A stretch of 64,000 nucleotides of DNA, filler included, from Gonapodya sp. JEL0774 (taxonomy: Eukaryota), in NCBI GenBank assembly GCA_027604505.1. It is 3 parts of 3 records of this genome, joined end to end, with 100 filler letters (N's around TTAATTAATTAA, not from the genome) between each part and the next. Parts side by side here need not be neighbours in the genome. Positions count along the whole stretch, not along the records: positions 1 to 27,164 come from JADIIX010000216.1; 2 more parts are not named here. One strand, written 5' to 3'. Made by a program: the position numbers and the translations under genes. Positions within the stretch are counted from its first letter, which is position 1; each line of letters opens with the position of its first letter. This document shows, in pieces, positions 1 through 16,319 of this stretch. The notes under the pieces are model-generated. The model searched no databases. It was not told the origin of the DNA and saw only the letters and a list, made by a program, of their open reading frames with translations.

Positions 1-303
1 CATAATATGGTTAAGTACCACTATAACCCACTTGTCTTTCTTCTGTGGTAGTTATACCACAGAAGAAAGATTTGTATGAGAATAAGTGGGTAATTGTGGT
101 ATTATATTCCTTAGACAACACTTAGGAGGGTTACCAACTCTTACCCCCCCACCATTTGTCGTAATACAAATCAATGGTACCCACCTATCCTGTTGTGATA
201 AATCACAATAGGATTTATCACAACAGGATTAGATCTGGATTTGTATGATAATTTGTATCACAAATTATAATAAGTATACTTTGATATGCAGTTAAAGCTT
301 TAA

Positions 304-4453
<4,150 letters not shown>

Positions 4454-6230
4454 TCTATTTGATATAATTTATCGAAGATTTATCGAAGAGCGAGCTTTGA
4501 AATAAATAATTCTCCAGGTACCTTATTTATGGTATTCCACTACGTGTAATACCATTATAAGTGGACTATAGGGTAATAAGAGTGGGTTAACCACCCCATT
4601 CCTGTTCTCATACAAGTCCCTTTTTCACTATGGTAGGGGGGTTAGGGTTGGTACCCTCTTCGAAGACAACAAGGGGGTCCTTCTAACGAGTTGTACTTAC
4701 TACTATCCTATGGTAACTCGTTCTTCAATAAATTATAAGTGGATAACAATAGGTGGGTTATACCCCTATATTGTGAATCCTTATTGTAGTATCAATCGTA
4801 ATATCATATAAATTCAGATCTAATCCTGTTGTGATAAATCACAACAGGATTAGAATAGTGGGTAAATAGTGGTACAAATACCATTACTTACCCACCATAA
4901 TTATACAAAGAATGTACACATTCTTTGTATAATCTGAACAATGGCATAATATGGTTAAGTACCACTATGACCCACTTGTCTTTCTCCTGTGGTAGTTATA
5001 CCACAGGAGAAAGATTTGTATGAGAACTAGTGGGTAATTATGCATTATACCACTATTTACCCATTTGTCGTAATACAAATAATCCTATTGGGATTATTTG
5101 TATTACGATACAATTAATACCACAATAAAGTCCCTCCCCCTAAAAGGTAAGAATACAAACTATTACTCCCCTCCCATATGAGAATAAACCAAATCACAAT
5201 AGAAGATAAATATCTAATTCGTTTGTTAATTCATTAAATATTAAAAAAGGGTCCTAAGACAACTCCTTCAATCGTAATACAAATAAGTGGGTAATTATGG
5301 CATTATACCAATATTACCCATTTGTCGTAATACAAATCCAGATCTACATAGTAGATCTGAATTTGTATTACGATCACAACAGGATAAATGAGTAATTTAA
5401 CCATTACCCAAATCAATGGTACCATTGATTTGGATTTGTATTACGACAAATAGGAAAGGAGTAAGGATTGGTGACCCTCCCCCTTAAAGAGAAGAACCTT
5501 AAACAACACTAAATATTGTTTAAAGAGTATAATGTTCCTCATTATAATATCACAATAAGGACCCTCCCCTAAGAGGGATCTACACCAACTCTAACCCCCA
5601 CCATTGTATTATAACCATATGGAAGTGTAAGCACCCGTAAGGATATAGGGTACTAGTAAACTCGTTTGAAGGTATCCACTTTAGATATAATTGTATTACA
5701 ATACCCTCTGACGAGTGTTAAGTGGGTATGGGAGGGTTTAAACACCTGTCAGAGGGTATAACTACTTTTCTTCGTTACACCCCCTTGTATCATAAGACCA
5801 GGAGCAACACAAAGGAGGGTAAACCCACCTATTGTGGTAAGTTACATCAATTATTTGAAATTTAATAAATAAAATTTTATACTTATAAAGAGAAAAAAAA
5901 GAATATGTTGAATGCAAATAATGTCCATCTAAGGAATGAGGGTAGCAGGCAGATTAATCTCCCTTATGGTGCAACTGTTTGTGATCTGGATCTAACGAGT
6001 ATAGAAGGGACTTAAGTCCCTTCTTTTCATCAGGTTGCACCACCCTCCAAACAACTAGAAATACATTTACACCCCTTCTTCCATAGAATTTGTATCACAA
6101 GTATTTATATTTAACACAATCGATAGATTATAGAGGGAACCCACCTCCTCCCACCTTGTATTTACAGGTAAGGTAAAGGAAAGGCCCTTTACTTACTCAT
6201 TAGAGAAGGGTTGTGCAATAAGGTAATAAT

Positions 6231-6303
6231 TGGGGTATCGTACAATAGGTAGGACGCTGGTTTTTGGTGCCAGTAATAGTTGGTTCGAATCCACTTACCC
6301 CAG
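6231..6303 (+). tRNA. trnQ: tRNA-Gln (UUG)
   Basis: Acceptor TGGGGTA/TACCCCA fully paired; anticodon arm CTGGT-TTTTGGT-GCCAG; T-loop TTCGAAT. Confidence 0.92.
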
Positions 6304-7011
6304 ACTATTAACAAATTACTTTATGGCCTAATGGGTAAATACCACATTATCTACTCATAATACAAATACAATTGAGGGGGTATTTATACTTATTATTGTG
6401 GTACAATTTTCCGTTTACCCTCCTTTGTGGTGCCTCCTTTTTGTGTGCAATCGTAATACAAATAATCCTGTTCTCATACAAATGGGAGGGGGTAAGGGTT
6501 GGTGACCCTCCTAAGTATTGTCTAAGGAGTATAATGCTCCTCATTCACAATGAGAACCCCACCACTTATTCTCATGCCACAATAAGGTCCTCCCCTATAT
6601 ATCTTGGGAAGGTATGGTTATAGTGGGTAGATAGTGGTACAAATACTTCTCAGACAATATCTATACCAACCTTAACCCCCCAACAGGATATTTGTATCAC
6701 TTGTCTTCCAAGGAGTAATGAATTGAAGAACAAGTTATCTATGGATATCCTTTCTAACTTGTTCTGGAAATTCATATGCCATAGAACCTCGTTAGAAAGG
6801 AACCCCTCCTCCCCTTCACAAAGAAGGGTAAACCCACCTATTGTGGTGTCAAAGTCCCTTCTTTTCAGATCTACTACGTAGATCTGTCGTTTATCGAAGA
6901 ACGAGGTACCCAAGGTTACACCATATGTTGATTTGGACAATGGGTGCACCCTAACGAGTGAGTAGGAGGGTAGCCTATGACACCCCCTTCTTCGATCCAA
7001 TTTGTATGAGA

Positions 7012-7091
7012 ATAGTGGTGACCGAATGGTTAGGTAGCACTCTGTAAAAGTGTGGTTTTGGCCAATGTAGGTTCGACTCCTACCCACTTCA
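7012..7091 (+). tRNA. trnY: tRNA-Tyr (GUA), long variable arm, predicted 5' edited
   Basis: Anticodon arm GCACT-CTGTAAA-AGTGT; T arm GTAGG-TTCGACT-CCTAC; acceptor ATAGTGG/CCACTTC mismatched at pairs 1 and 2. Confidence 0.9.
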
Positions 7092-7159
7092 CTCCAATTA
7101 TAATAAACGTATGCATTTCTAGATCTAATAGCTCCTAAATCTATATTTATTTTTTTTTG

Positions 7160-8260
7160 ATGAAATTTGTTAAACGTAATCCTATCTTATCCCTTGTAAA
7201 TGACTTCTTTATTGACTCTCCATTACCCGCTAACATTACCTATTTTTGGAATTTTGGTTCCTTATTAGGTGTTGTCTTAGTACTTCAAATTATTACTGGT
7301 ATTACTTTAGCCATGCACTATACTCCTAATACTGCTTATGCCTTTGCTAGTGTAGAACATATTATGCGTGATGTTAATTATGGTTGGCTTCTTCGTTATC
7401 TTCATGCCAATGGTGCTTCTTTCTTCTTCATTCTTGTTTATATTCACATTGGTCGCGGTCTTTATTTTGCTTCTTATCGTCCTCCTCGTTTAATTTTATG
7501 GGTTGCAGGTGTAGTTATCTACATTATCATGATGGCTACTGCTTTCCTAGGTTATGTCCTCCCATGGGGTCAAATGTCTTTCTGGGGTGCTACCGTTATT
7601 ACTAACCTTCTTTCTGCCATTCCATGGTTAGGTCAAGATATTGTTTACTTCATTTGGGGTGGTTTCAGTGTAGATAATGCTACCTTAAACCGTTTCTTTA
7701 GTCTTCACTATCTCTTACCTTTTGTCCTTGCTGCCTTAGTTCTTGTCCATATCTTAGGTTTACACCAACATGGTTCTACTAATCCACTTTCTGTTAAAGG
7801 TGACTACTTACGTTTCCACCCTTACTTCACCTCTAAAGACCTTGTTGGTTTTATTTGGTTATTCATTGGTTTAGCTGTTTTAGTATTCTTTGTTCCAAAT
7901 TACTTAGGTCACCCAGATAACTATATTCCTGCTAACCCATTAGTTACCCCTCATCACATTGTTCCTGAATGGTACTTCTTACCTTTCTATGCCATTTTAC
8001 GTGCTATTCCAAACAAAGTGTTAGGTGTTGTAGCTATGTTTGGTTCTCTTCTTATTCTTTTAACTCTTCCTTGGTTTACTCGCTTACGTTTAGTTGGTAA
8101 CACTCCTATCATGAAATCCCTTTTCTGGTTATTTGTTGCTAACTTTTTCCTTCTTATGTGGCTAGGTGGTCAACCCATTCACTCCCCTTATGTCCAAATT
8201 AGTCAAGTTTGTACTTTCCTCTACTTTGCTTACTTCATTATTATCCTTATTTTAGGTTAA
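7160..8260 (+). CDS. cob: Apocytochrome b, intronless
   Basis: [53 protein letters not shown]; start G-ATG at 7160. Confidence 0.98.
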   Translation: MKFVKRNPILSLVNDFFIDSPLPANITYFWNFGSLLGVVLVLQIITGITLAMHYTPNTAYAFASVEHIMRDVNYGWLLRYLHANGASFFFILVYIHIGRGLYFASYRPPRLILWVAGVVIYIIMMATAFLGYVLPWGQMSFWGATVITNLLSAIPWLGQDIVYFIWGGFSVDNATLNRFFSLHYLLPFVLAALVLVHILGLHQHGSTNPLSVKGDYLRFHPYFTSKDLVGFIWLFIGLAVLVFFVPNYLGHPDNYIPANPLVTPHHIVPEWYFLPFYAILRAIPNKVLGVVAMFGSLLILLTLPWFTRLRLVGNTPIMKSLFWLFVANFFLLMWLGGQPIHSPYVQISQVCTFLYFAYFIIILILG

Positions 8261-8408
8261 TTCCTATGTAAACTGCCATAATAGGTGGGTATAAGAACAA
8301 GGGGTGGGGGGGGTTTAGAGTTGGTTGTGGTATTGTGATACAAATCCAAACCTAATCCTGTTGTTATAGTGGTACCCTGTAGGATAGTGGGTAGATAGTG
8401 GTACAAGT

Positions 8409-8485
8409 ACCATTACTTACCCACCATTACTTACCCACCATTACTTACCCATCATTACTTACCCACTATTACTTACCCACCATTA
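8409..8485. repeat. 14-bp tandem repeat (ACCATTACTTACCC) x ~5.5
   Basis: Units start at 8409, 8423, 8437, 8451 and 8465; the unit occurs once in the ~178-bp cassette. Confidence 0.9.
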
Positions 8486-9201
8486 TTATAGAAATCCTTC
8501 TCCATGGGTATATTCTCCCCTTGTCCAGATTATACAAAGAATGGTGGGAGGGGGGTTAGGGTTGGTATAGATCCCCCCTTAGGGGGAGGGACCTTATTGT
8601 GGTTCAAGATCCCTCCTATTGTCAAGATTTATTGTATTTAACACAACATAACAATGGTATCATTACCCTCCCATTTATCCTACTAGATAGGAGAAGGATT
8701 TATATTACCACAAAAAGGAGGGTTTACCCTCCTTATAATAAATTATTTGTATTACGACAGGTGGGATGGGGGGGGTTAGTGATTTCACAAATAAGGGACT
8801 AAATAGCCCTATAATCGCGTTAGCTAGATAGTGGTTATTCTTATACAAATCCAGATCTAATCCTGTTGTGATAAATCACAACAGGATTAGGATAGTGGGT
8901 AAATAGTGGTACAAATACCATTACTTACCCACCATAATTATACAAAGAATGTATAATCTGGATAAGGGGAGAATATACCCATGGAGAAGGATTTGTATAA
9001 GAATAAGTGATAAGGTATGGTTATTATACTCCTTAGTGTGGTATAAATTTATCATTCTCATACAAATAAGTGGTGGGGGGTTAGAATTGGTATAGATCCC
9101 CCCTTAGGGGGGGGGTCCTCATTGTAACCCCCTCCCATTGTATTACAGTGGGAGGGGGTTACAATGAGGAGCACTAGTACCACTACTCTCCCATTGATAG
9201 T

Positions 9202-9273
9202 GAAGGCATAGCTCAACGGTTAGAGCTGCAGCCTTTTAAGCTGAATATCCTGGTTCGATTCCAGGTGCCCCTA
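9202..9273 (+). tRNA. trnK: tRNA-Lys (UUU), predicted 5' edited
   Basis: D arm GCTC...GAGC; anticodon loop CTTTTAA; T arm CCTGG-TTCGATT-CCAGG; acceptor GAAGGCA/TGCCCCT with G.U, AxC, AxC at pairs 1-3. Confidence 0.9.
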
Positions 9274-10072
9274 TCCGTCTTATGGAAGAACGAGTTATTG
9301 GTGAAACTGTTTGTGACCCAGACACTAGATTTTTCAAAGTCCCTTTATGAGAATAGTAGATCTAGACAATGGGTAAATATGGGCAAGTACCATTATTACC
9401 CCTATTTTCTACAAGAAAAGGGGGGAGTTACATCCCCGGTCTTCATACAACAATTGGTAACAAGGGTAAATGACCTAATTATTCATAGATCGTGATATTT
9501 GTATCATTACCCTCCCATTTGTATTACGATTGTACCACAATAAGGAGACCACAATAGGAGAGTAATGGTATAATGGGCCCACCAGGGTCACAATAGGTGG
9601 GTTACCCCCTCCATTAGGATACCATTACCTTCCCATAACTCTACCTTCTTTATATCGTAATACAAATCTTTCTTCTGTGGTATAACTACCACAGAAGAAA
9701 GACAAGTGGGTTATAGTGGTACTTAACCATATTATGCCATTGTTCAGATTCACTATGTGAATCTGAATTTGTATTACGACAAATGGGTAATAGTGGTATA
9801 GTGCTCCTCATTGTGATATCACAATGAGGACCCTCCCCCTAAGGGGGATCTACACCAACTCTAACCCCCCCACCACTTATTCTTATACAAATCCTTATCC
9901 ATGGGTATATTATACCCTTGTCCAGATTATACAAAGAATGTATACATTCTTTGTATAATTATGGTGGGTAAGTAATGGTATTTGTACCACTATTTACCCA
10001 CTATCCTAATCCTGTTGTGATTTATCACAACAGGATTAGATCTGGATTTGTATGAGAATCAATAATTGTTTG

Positions 10073-10786
10073 ATGCTTTACTTTTTGATGCTCGTTAATT
10101 CAATTTATTGTGATTGCCCTGAAAACTGAGGAATTGGGTTCCAAGACGTCGCCTCTCCGACTATGTACGGTCTTATCGAATTACATGATCATGTTCTTTT
10201 CTATTTAGTTCTTATTGTTGTTGTAGTTTCTTGGGTATTAACTCGTGGTATTGTTAATTCTCAAACCATTTCTTACGCTCGTCATTACCACGGCCACGTT
10301 ATTGAATTCTTATGGACCTTAGCTCCTGCTCTTATTTTAGGTGCTATTGCTCTTCCATCTTTCCGTCTTCTTTACCTTATGGATGAAATTATTGAACCGC
10401 AAGTAACCATTAAAGCTATTGGTAATCAATGGTACTGGAGCTACGAATATACTGACTATGCTGAGCCTCTTACCTTTGATAGTTTCTTAGTTGACGGTCC
10501 TTTACGTCAATTAAACGTTGATAATTACCTAGTTCTTCCTGTTGATACTTCCATTCGTCTTTTAATTACTGCCTCAGATGTTCTTCACAGCTTTTCTGTA
10601 CCATCTCTAGGTATTAAACAAGACGCAATTCCAGGTCGTTTAAACTCTACTGGTGTGATTATTAGTCGTCCCGGAATTTTCTATGGTCAATGCTCTGAAC
10701 TTTGCGGTTATCTTCATGGTTTTATGCCTATTGGGGTTAAAGCTGTATCTACCGAAAATTACCTCAATTGGTTATCCACTCTTTAA
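10073..10786 (+). CDS. cox2: Cytochrome c oxidase subunit 2; likely start upstream of the ORF-track call, with an in-frame TGA at 10127-10129
   Basis: Reads MLYFLMLVNSIYCDCPEN*GIGFQDVASPTMYGLIELHD..., then QWYWSYEY and the CuA motif GQCSELCGYLHGFMPI. Alternative G-ATG at 10088. Confidence 0.95.
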
Positions 10787-11344
10787 TTAGATTTATCCAT
10801 AGAGGGTATCCCATCTAGATATCGTAATACTCTTCATTGTGGTACAATTTACCTTAAAGGGTATCACAATGAGGAGCATTATACCAATATTACCCATTTG
10901 TCGTAATACAAATCCAGATCTACATAGTAGATCTGAATTTGTATTACGATCACAACAGGATAAGTGGGTAATTTACCCATTGTCCAAATCAATGGTATCA
11001 TTGATTTGGATTTGTATGAGAATACCACAAAAAGGAGGCACCACAAAGGAGGGTAACCCACCTATTGTGGTGTAACCACATAGTGGTTACACCAATTATT
11101 TGTATGAGAATATGCATAATATAGATATTCACAATTTTGTATTAAGCATTGAAGCCCAACCAGCCGACTATGAAATGACCGATGATCCAATAAACTCTGA
11201 GGACAATTCTAATTAAAATCTTATCACCTATGAAATTACTTTAGTTAGTAAATATGATTTATTGTAAAGAATGGAGATTGATAATATATGCTTGGATTTA
11301 GTATCATAGCACCAATTATAGGAAATACCCTATTTATATTTATG

Positions 11345-11614
11345 ATGACTATGGTTATGCTTTTAGCCTTATTTTTCCTAGCTGCTGCTTTCTATATCTT
11401 AAATAACAGACAACTTATCTTTATCCTTTTAGCTTTAGAACTAATGATCTTTGTAGTTGCTTTTAGACTTGTCTACTTTGGCTTTTTATTTGATGACCTT
11501 GCTGCCTCTCACTTCTCTTTATATCTTCTTGTTTTAGCTGGTGCTGAATCTGCTGTAGCTCTTTCTTTATTAGTTGCCTTTCACCGTGTTCGTGGTTCTA
11601 TTCAAATTTTTTAA
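11345..11614 (+). CDS. nad4L: NADH dehydrogenase subunit 4L
   Basis: ILLALELM...LVLAGAESAVALSLLVAFHRVRGSI. Start chosen at G-ATG 11345 (89 aa); the upstream ATG at 11288 is possible. Confidence 0.9.
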   Translation: MTMVMLLALFFLAAAFYILNNRQLIFILLALELMIFVVAFRLVYFGFLFDDLAASHFSLYLLVLAGAESAVALSLLVAFHRVRGSIQIF

Positions 11615-14099
11615 TTTATATTTACCTCTATTTATCCTTTTACACTCTAACGAGTTTATAATAGGTACCCTTGTATTTCCAGGTAACCTATCTATGGTAT
11701 TCCACTATGTGTCGTAATACAAGTTCAGATTCACTCCCTGTTGTTATAGTGATACCCTGACTTTTATCATACAAATCAAGATCTAATCCTGTTGTGATAA
11801 ATCACAACAAGATTAGGATAGTGGGTAAATAGTGGTACAAATACCATTACTTACCCACCATAATTATACAAAGAATGTATACATTCTTTGTATAATCTGG
11901 ACAAGGGTATAATATACCCATGGAGAAGGATTTGTATGACAACAAGTGGTGGGGGGTTAGAGTTGGTGTAGATCCCCCTTAGGGGGAGGGCCCTCATTGT
12001 GATATCACAATGAGGAGCATTATACCACTATTTACCCATTGTCCAAGTGAAAGGGTTCTCATACCACTACTACCCCATTGTTGTAATAGTCGTAATACAA
12101 ATAATAACAACAGGAGGGGGGTTAAGGTTGGTATAGATCCCCCCTTAGGGGTATCTACACCAACTCTAACCCTTCACCACTTATTCTCATACCACAATAA
12201 GATCCCTTCCCTAGATATCTATCTCGTAGATATACTCGATAGATATCTTGTGAAGGTATGGTTATAGTGGGTAGATAGTGGTACAAATACTCCTCAGACA
12301 ACATCTATCCCAACCTTAACCCCCCAACAGGATATTTGTATCACTTGTCTTCCAAGGAATAGATCTAGGGCACCACAAAGGAGGGTAAACCCACTTATTG
12401 TGGTGTAACCACATAGTGGTTACACCAATTATAGGTGGGTTACCCACCTATACCACAATGAGGTACCTCCCCCCTAAGGGGGGATCTATAATTTATCGAA
12501 GAATGAGTTTCCTAGTATCGTATACTATACTAGGATATCCCCCTTGAGGGGTACTACTAGATAAAATTGTAATATAATTATATCTAGAAGGGGTAAGTAC
12601 AACTCGTTAGAAGGACCCCCTTGTTGTCTTCCAAGGAGTAATGAATTGAAAAACAAGTTATCTATGTATATCCTTTTCGTAATACAAATCTTTCTTCTGT
12701 GGTATAACTACCACAGAAGAAAGACAAGTGGGTTATAGTGGTACTTAACCATATTATGCCATTGTTCAGATTCACTATGTGAATCTGAATTTGTATTACG
12801 ACAAGTGGGTAATTATGGTATTATACCAATATTACCCATTTATTCTCATACAAATCTTTCTCCTGTGGTATAACTACCACAGGAGAAAGACAAGTGGGTC
12901 ATAGTGGTACTTAACCATATTATGCCATTGTTCAGATTCACTATGTGAATCTGAATTTGTATGAGAAATTCTGGAAATTCATATGCCATAGAACCTCGTT
13001 AGAAAGGAACCCCCTCCCATAGGGGAATAGACCTGGGTCCCCATTGTATTACGATAGGAAACGAGCCAGAGGTTATAACCAATCTTCCCCCACTTAACAA
13101 CTAGGAATACAGTTGTACCCCCTTCTTGTATAAATTACCCTAAAGTTTTATCACAGCATAGGGGAGTAGTCCGATAATTGCCTGTACCTTACAAACAACA
13201 TTTTTAACCCCTCCCCATTTCCCCATAGGAACGAGTATACCTATTGAGACGGAATATCTCATGATACAAGAAATAGTATCAAGTGGTTAAAAGGGGGTAC
13301 CTATAATCTAGGCATATTCAACCACAATGTGGTTGAAAGGTCAAAGGAGGGTAAACCCACCCATGGGGTAAATTACCCACTTGTCCTTTGTAAAACAATC
13401 GTAATACAAATACAATTGTAAAATCGGTAGATAATAAAAGGGTGGAATACCCTCCCTTATATAGTACCATTGATTTGAATTTGTATTACGACAAATGGGA
13501 GGGGGTAAGAGTTGGTGACCCTCCTAAGTGTTGTCTAAGGAGTATAATTCTATAATTATCCACTTTTTCTCATACAAATCCTTATCCATGGGTATATTAT
13601 ACCCTTGTCCAGATTATACAAAGAATGTATACATTCTTTGTATAATTATGGTGGGTAAATAATGGTATTTGTACCACTATTACCCACTATCCTAATCCTG
13701 TTGTGATTTATCACAACAGGATTAGATCTGGATTTGTATGAGAACTACCCCCTATGGTGATACTGGATCGAAGAACGAGAGAGTACTGGGAATCATACTC
13801 ACTTGTTCTAAGATCCATTACCTTCTTTACACTCGTTAGAGTATGAAGTCAGGGCACCACCATAACAATAGGATTAGGTCTGAATTTGTATAATAATTTC
13901 AATTATAGGTGGGTAACCAACCTTTGTCTATAATAATATTCTAGAGGAGGGAAGGGTCCTCATTGTATCACAATGAGGACCCTTCCTTATTACGACACAT
14001 AGTGGAATACCATAGATAGGGTACTTTATTTACATGAGAATACCTTAACCCCCCCCCCTCTTTCCATAGGATTTCTTACCATGAAATTTAAATTTTTAG

Positions 14100-15473
14100 G
14101 TGTTGCTTTGGCTTTTAATTATCCTACCTTTAACTGGAGGTATTTTAGCTATTATTTTTCCTCGTCATCGTGCAGTTTTAGGTATGTGGTTTATGTTACT
14201 AACTTTAATCCATAGTTTCTATTTACTCCTTATTTACAACCCTAATAGTGCTCAATTCCAATTCCAATACATGGCTCTAGGTATTGATGGCTTATCTTTA
14301 GTATTAATTATCTTAACTGCTTTCCTTATGCCAATTTGTATTGTTGTAGAACCTGATTTAGTTTTACCACTATTGGCTATTGAGGCCTTACTTATGGCTG
14401 TATTCTTAGTCTTAGATGTTATGATTTTCTACCTTTGCTTTGAAAGTGTTTTAATTCCACTTTTCTACTTAATGGGTAAATATCAAGGTAGAGCTCGTCG
14501 TCTTTCTGCAGCTCTTTCCTTATTCCTTTATACCTTAGCTGGTTCTCTTGTTATGCTTATTTCTATTGGTATTATTTATTTAGAAGCTTCTACTACTAAC
14601 CTACAAGCCTTACTTACTGTACCAATTCATCATGACTATCAACTCTTACTTTTCTTAGGTTTCTTCATTGCTTTCGCAGTTAAAATTCCTATGATTCCAT
14701 TCCATCTCTGGTTACCAGAAGCCCATGTGGAATCTCCTACCGGTGGTTCTATTCTTTTAGCTGGTATCCTTTTAAAATTAGGAGGCTATGGTTTATTACG
14801 TTTCTCCCTACCATTATTTCCCTATGCTTCAGACTATTATCAACCATTAATTACGGTATTAGCCCTTATTGGTATTGTCTATGCTGGCCTTACTGCTATT
14901 CGTCAAATTGACATGAAAAAAATCATTGCCTATAGTAGTGTAGCCCATATGAATTTAGGTATGCTTGGTATCTTTGCCAACAACCTCTTAGGTATTGAAG
15001 GTTCTATTCACATGATGATTGCCCATGGTCTAGTTAGTGGTGCTCTCTTTTATTGCGTTGGTGTCTTATATGACCGTTATCACACTCGTCTTGTTCGTTA
15101 CTATAGAGCTATGGCTATTTATATGCCATTTTTTGCTATCTTCTTCCTTTTCTTTACTTTATCTAATATTGCTTTCCCTGGTTCTGCTAACTTTATTGCG
15201 GAATTCCTTGTTTTCACTGGTGTTATGGATATTAACCCATTCCTAGTCTTTATTGCTAGTCTTGGTTTACTTCTAACTGCTTCTTATTCTATGTGGCTTT
15301 ATAACAGAGTTTGCTTTGGTGCTACTACTTCCTACATTACTCAATTCAATGACTTAACTAAAGCTGATGTTTTATGTTTATCTGCTCTTGCTGTTACTAC
15401 TTTACTATTTGGTATTAAACCAAATCTAATTCTAGATATTATTCACTTTTCTTCCTTAGCCTTATTATATTAA
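14100..15473 (+). CDS. nad4: NADH dehydrogenase subunit 4 (GTG start)
   Basis: GIDGLSL, FAVKIPMIPFHLWLPEAHVESPTGGSILLAGILLKLGGYG, DMKKIIAYSSVAHM. Confidence 0.97.
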   Translation: MLLWLLIILPLTGGILAIIFPRHRAVLGMWFMLLTLIHSFYLLLIYNPNSAQFQFQYMALGIDGLSLVLIILTAFLMPICIVVEPDLVLPLLAIEALLMAVFLVLDVMIFYLCFESVLIPLFYLMGKYQGRARRLSAALSLFLYTLAGSLVMLISIGIIYLEASTTNLQALLTVPIHHDYQLLLFLGFFIAFAVKIPMIPFHLWLPEAHVESPTGGSILLAGILLKLGGYGLLRFSLPLFPYASDYYQPLITVLALIGIVYAGLTAIRQIDMKKIIAYSSVAHMNLGMLGIFANNLLGIEGSIHMMIAHGLVSGALFYCVGVLYDRYHTRLVRYYRAMAIYMPFFAIFFLFFTLSNIAFPGSANFIAEFLVFTGVMDINPFLVFIASLGLLLTASYSMWLYNRVCFGATTSYITQFNDLTKADVLCLSALAVTTLLFGIKPNLILDIIHFSSLALLY

Positions 15474-16319
15474 TAATAAGGCTAAGATAGTGGGGTAATT
15501 GAGGCATTATATTCCTCAGTGTGGTATCTATTCCCATAGATCTGGGACACCATTGTATGAGAATAAAGGGTGGGTTAGAGTTGGTGTAGATTGGAAGACA
15601 ACAATGTTGTCTTCCAATTATAGGTGGGTTACCCCCCTCCCATATGGGAATAGACCTGGTCACAATACGAGATAGATATCACAATGAGGAGGACTATACC
15701 AACCTTAACCCCCCTCCTGTTGTGATTTCTCACAACAGGATAGGTGGGTAATTGTGGCACTATACCACTATTACCCATTGTAAAAATCAATGGTACCATA
15801 TAAAGAAGGGTATTCCCACCCTTATTGTTTCACGATTTTACAATGGGGTACCCTTGGTTGTGGTATCAATTTACCGTTTACCCTCCTTATTGAAGGAGTT
15901 GTCTTCCAAGAAGTAACCAGGTCATGGTACTGGATTTGTATTACGATTGTGAAGGTCCTGAATAAAGGGTTTTACAACCCACATGGGTGGGATTAATGGT
16001 CCATAAAAAAATAAATTTTCATACTTAATAAGATAAATTATCATCCATTACATAGAAGGGGGTGTAAATGTATGAAAGAACAAGGATACACTTCCCCAAG
16101 AGGTAACCCTTTCTCTTTCCTTTGGAAAGAGAAATATAAGTGGGAGGGGGTAACCCACCTATAATTGGAAGACAACATTGTTGTCTTCCAATCTACACCA
16201 ACTCTAACCCCACCCCTTATTTGTATGAGAATATTCCTATCACAACAATAGGTGGGGTCCCTCCCATTGTTCAGGGGAATAATTATAATAAATACAGTAA
16301 GCTATCATAACTACAATGG

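Noticed and set aside
8409..8485. Telomere-like array marking a linear mtDNA end
   Set aside because: It is internal and derives from a cassette segment.
11110..11340. Non-repeat AT-rich stretch before nad4L as an extra gene or tRNA
   Set aside because: No cloverleaf and no recognisable ORF; the N-terminal extension of the nad4L ORF is not supported by homology.
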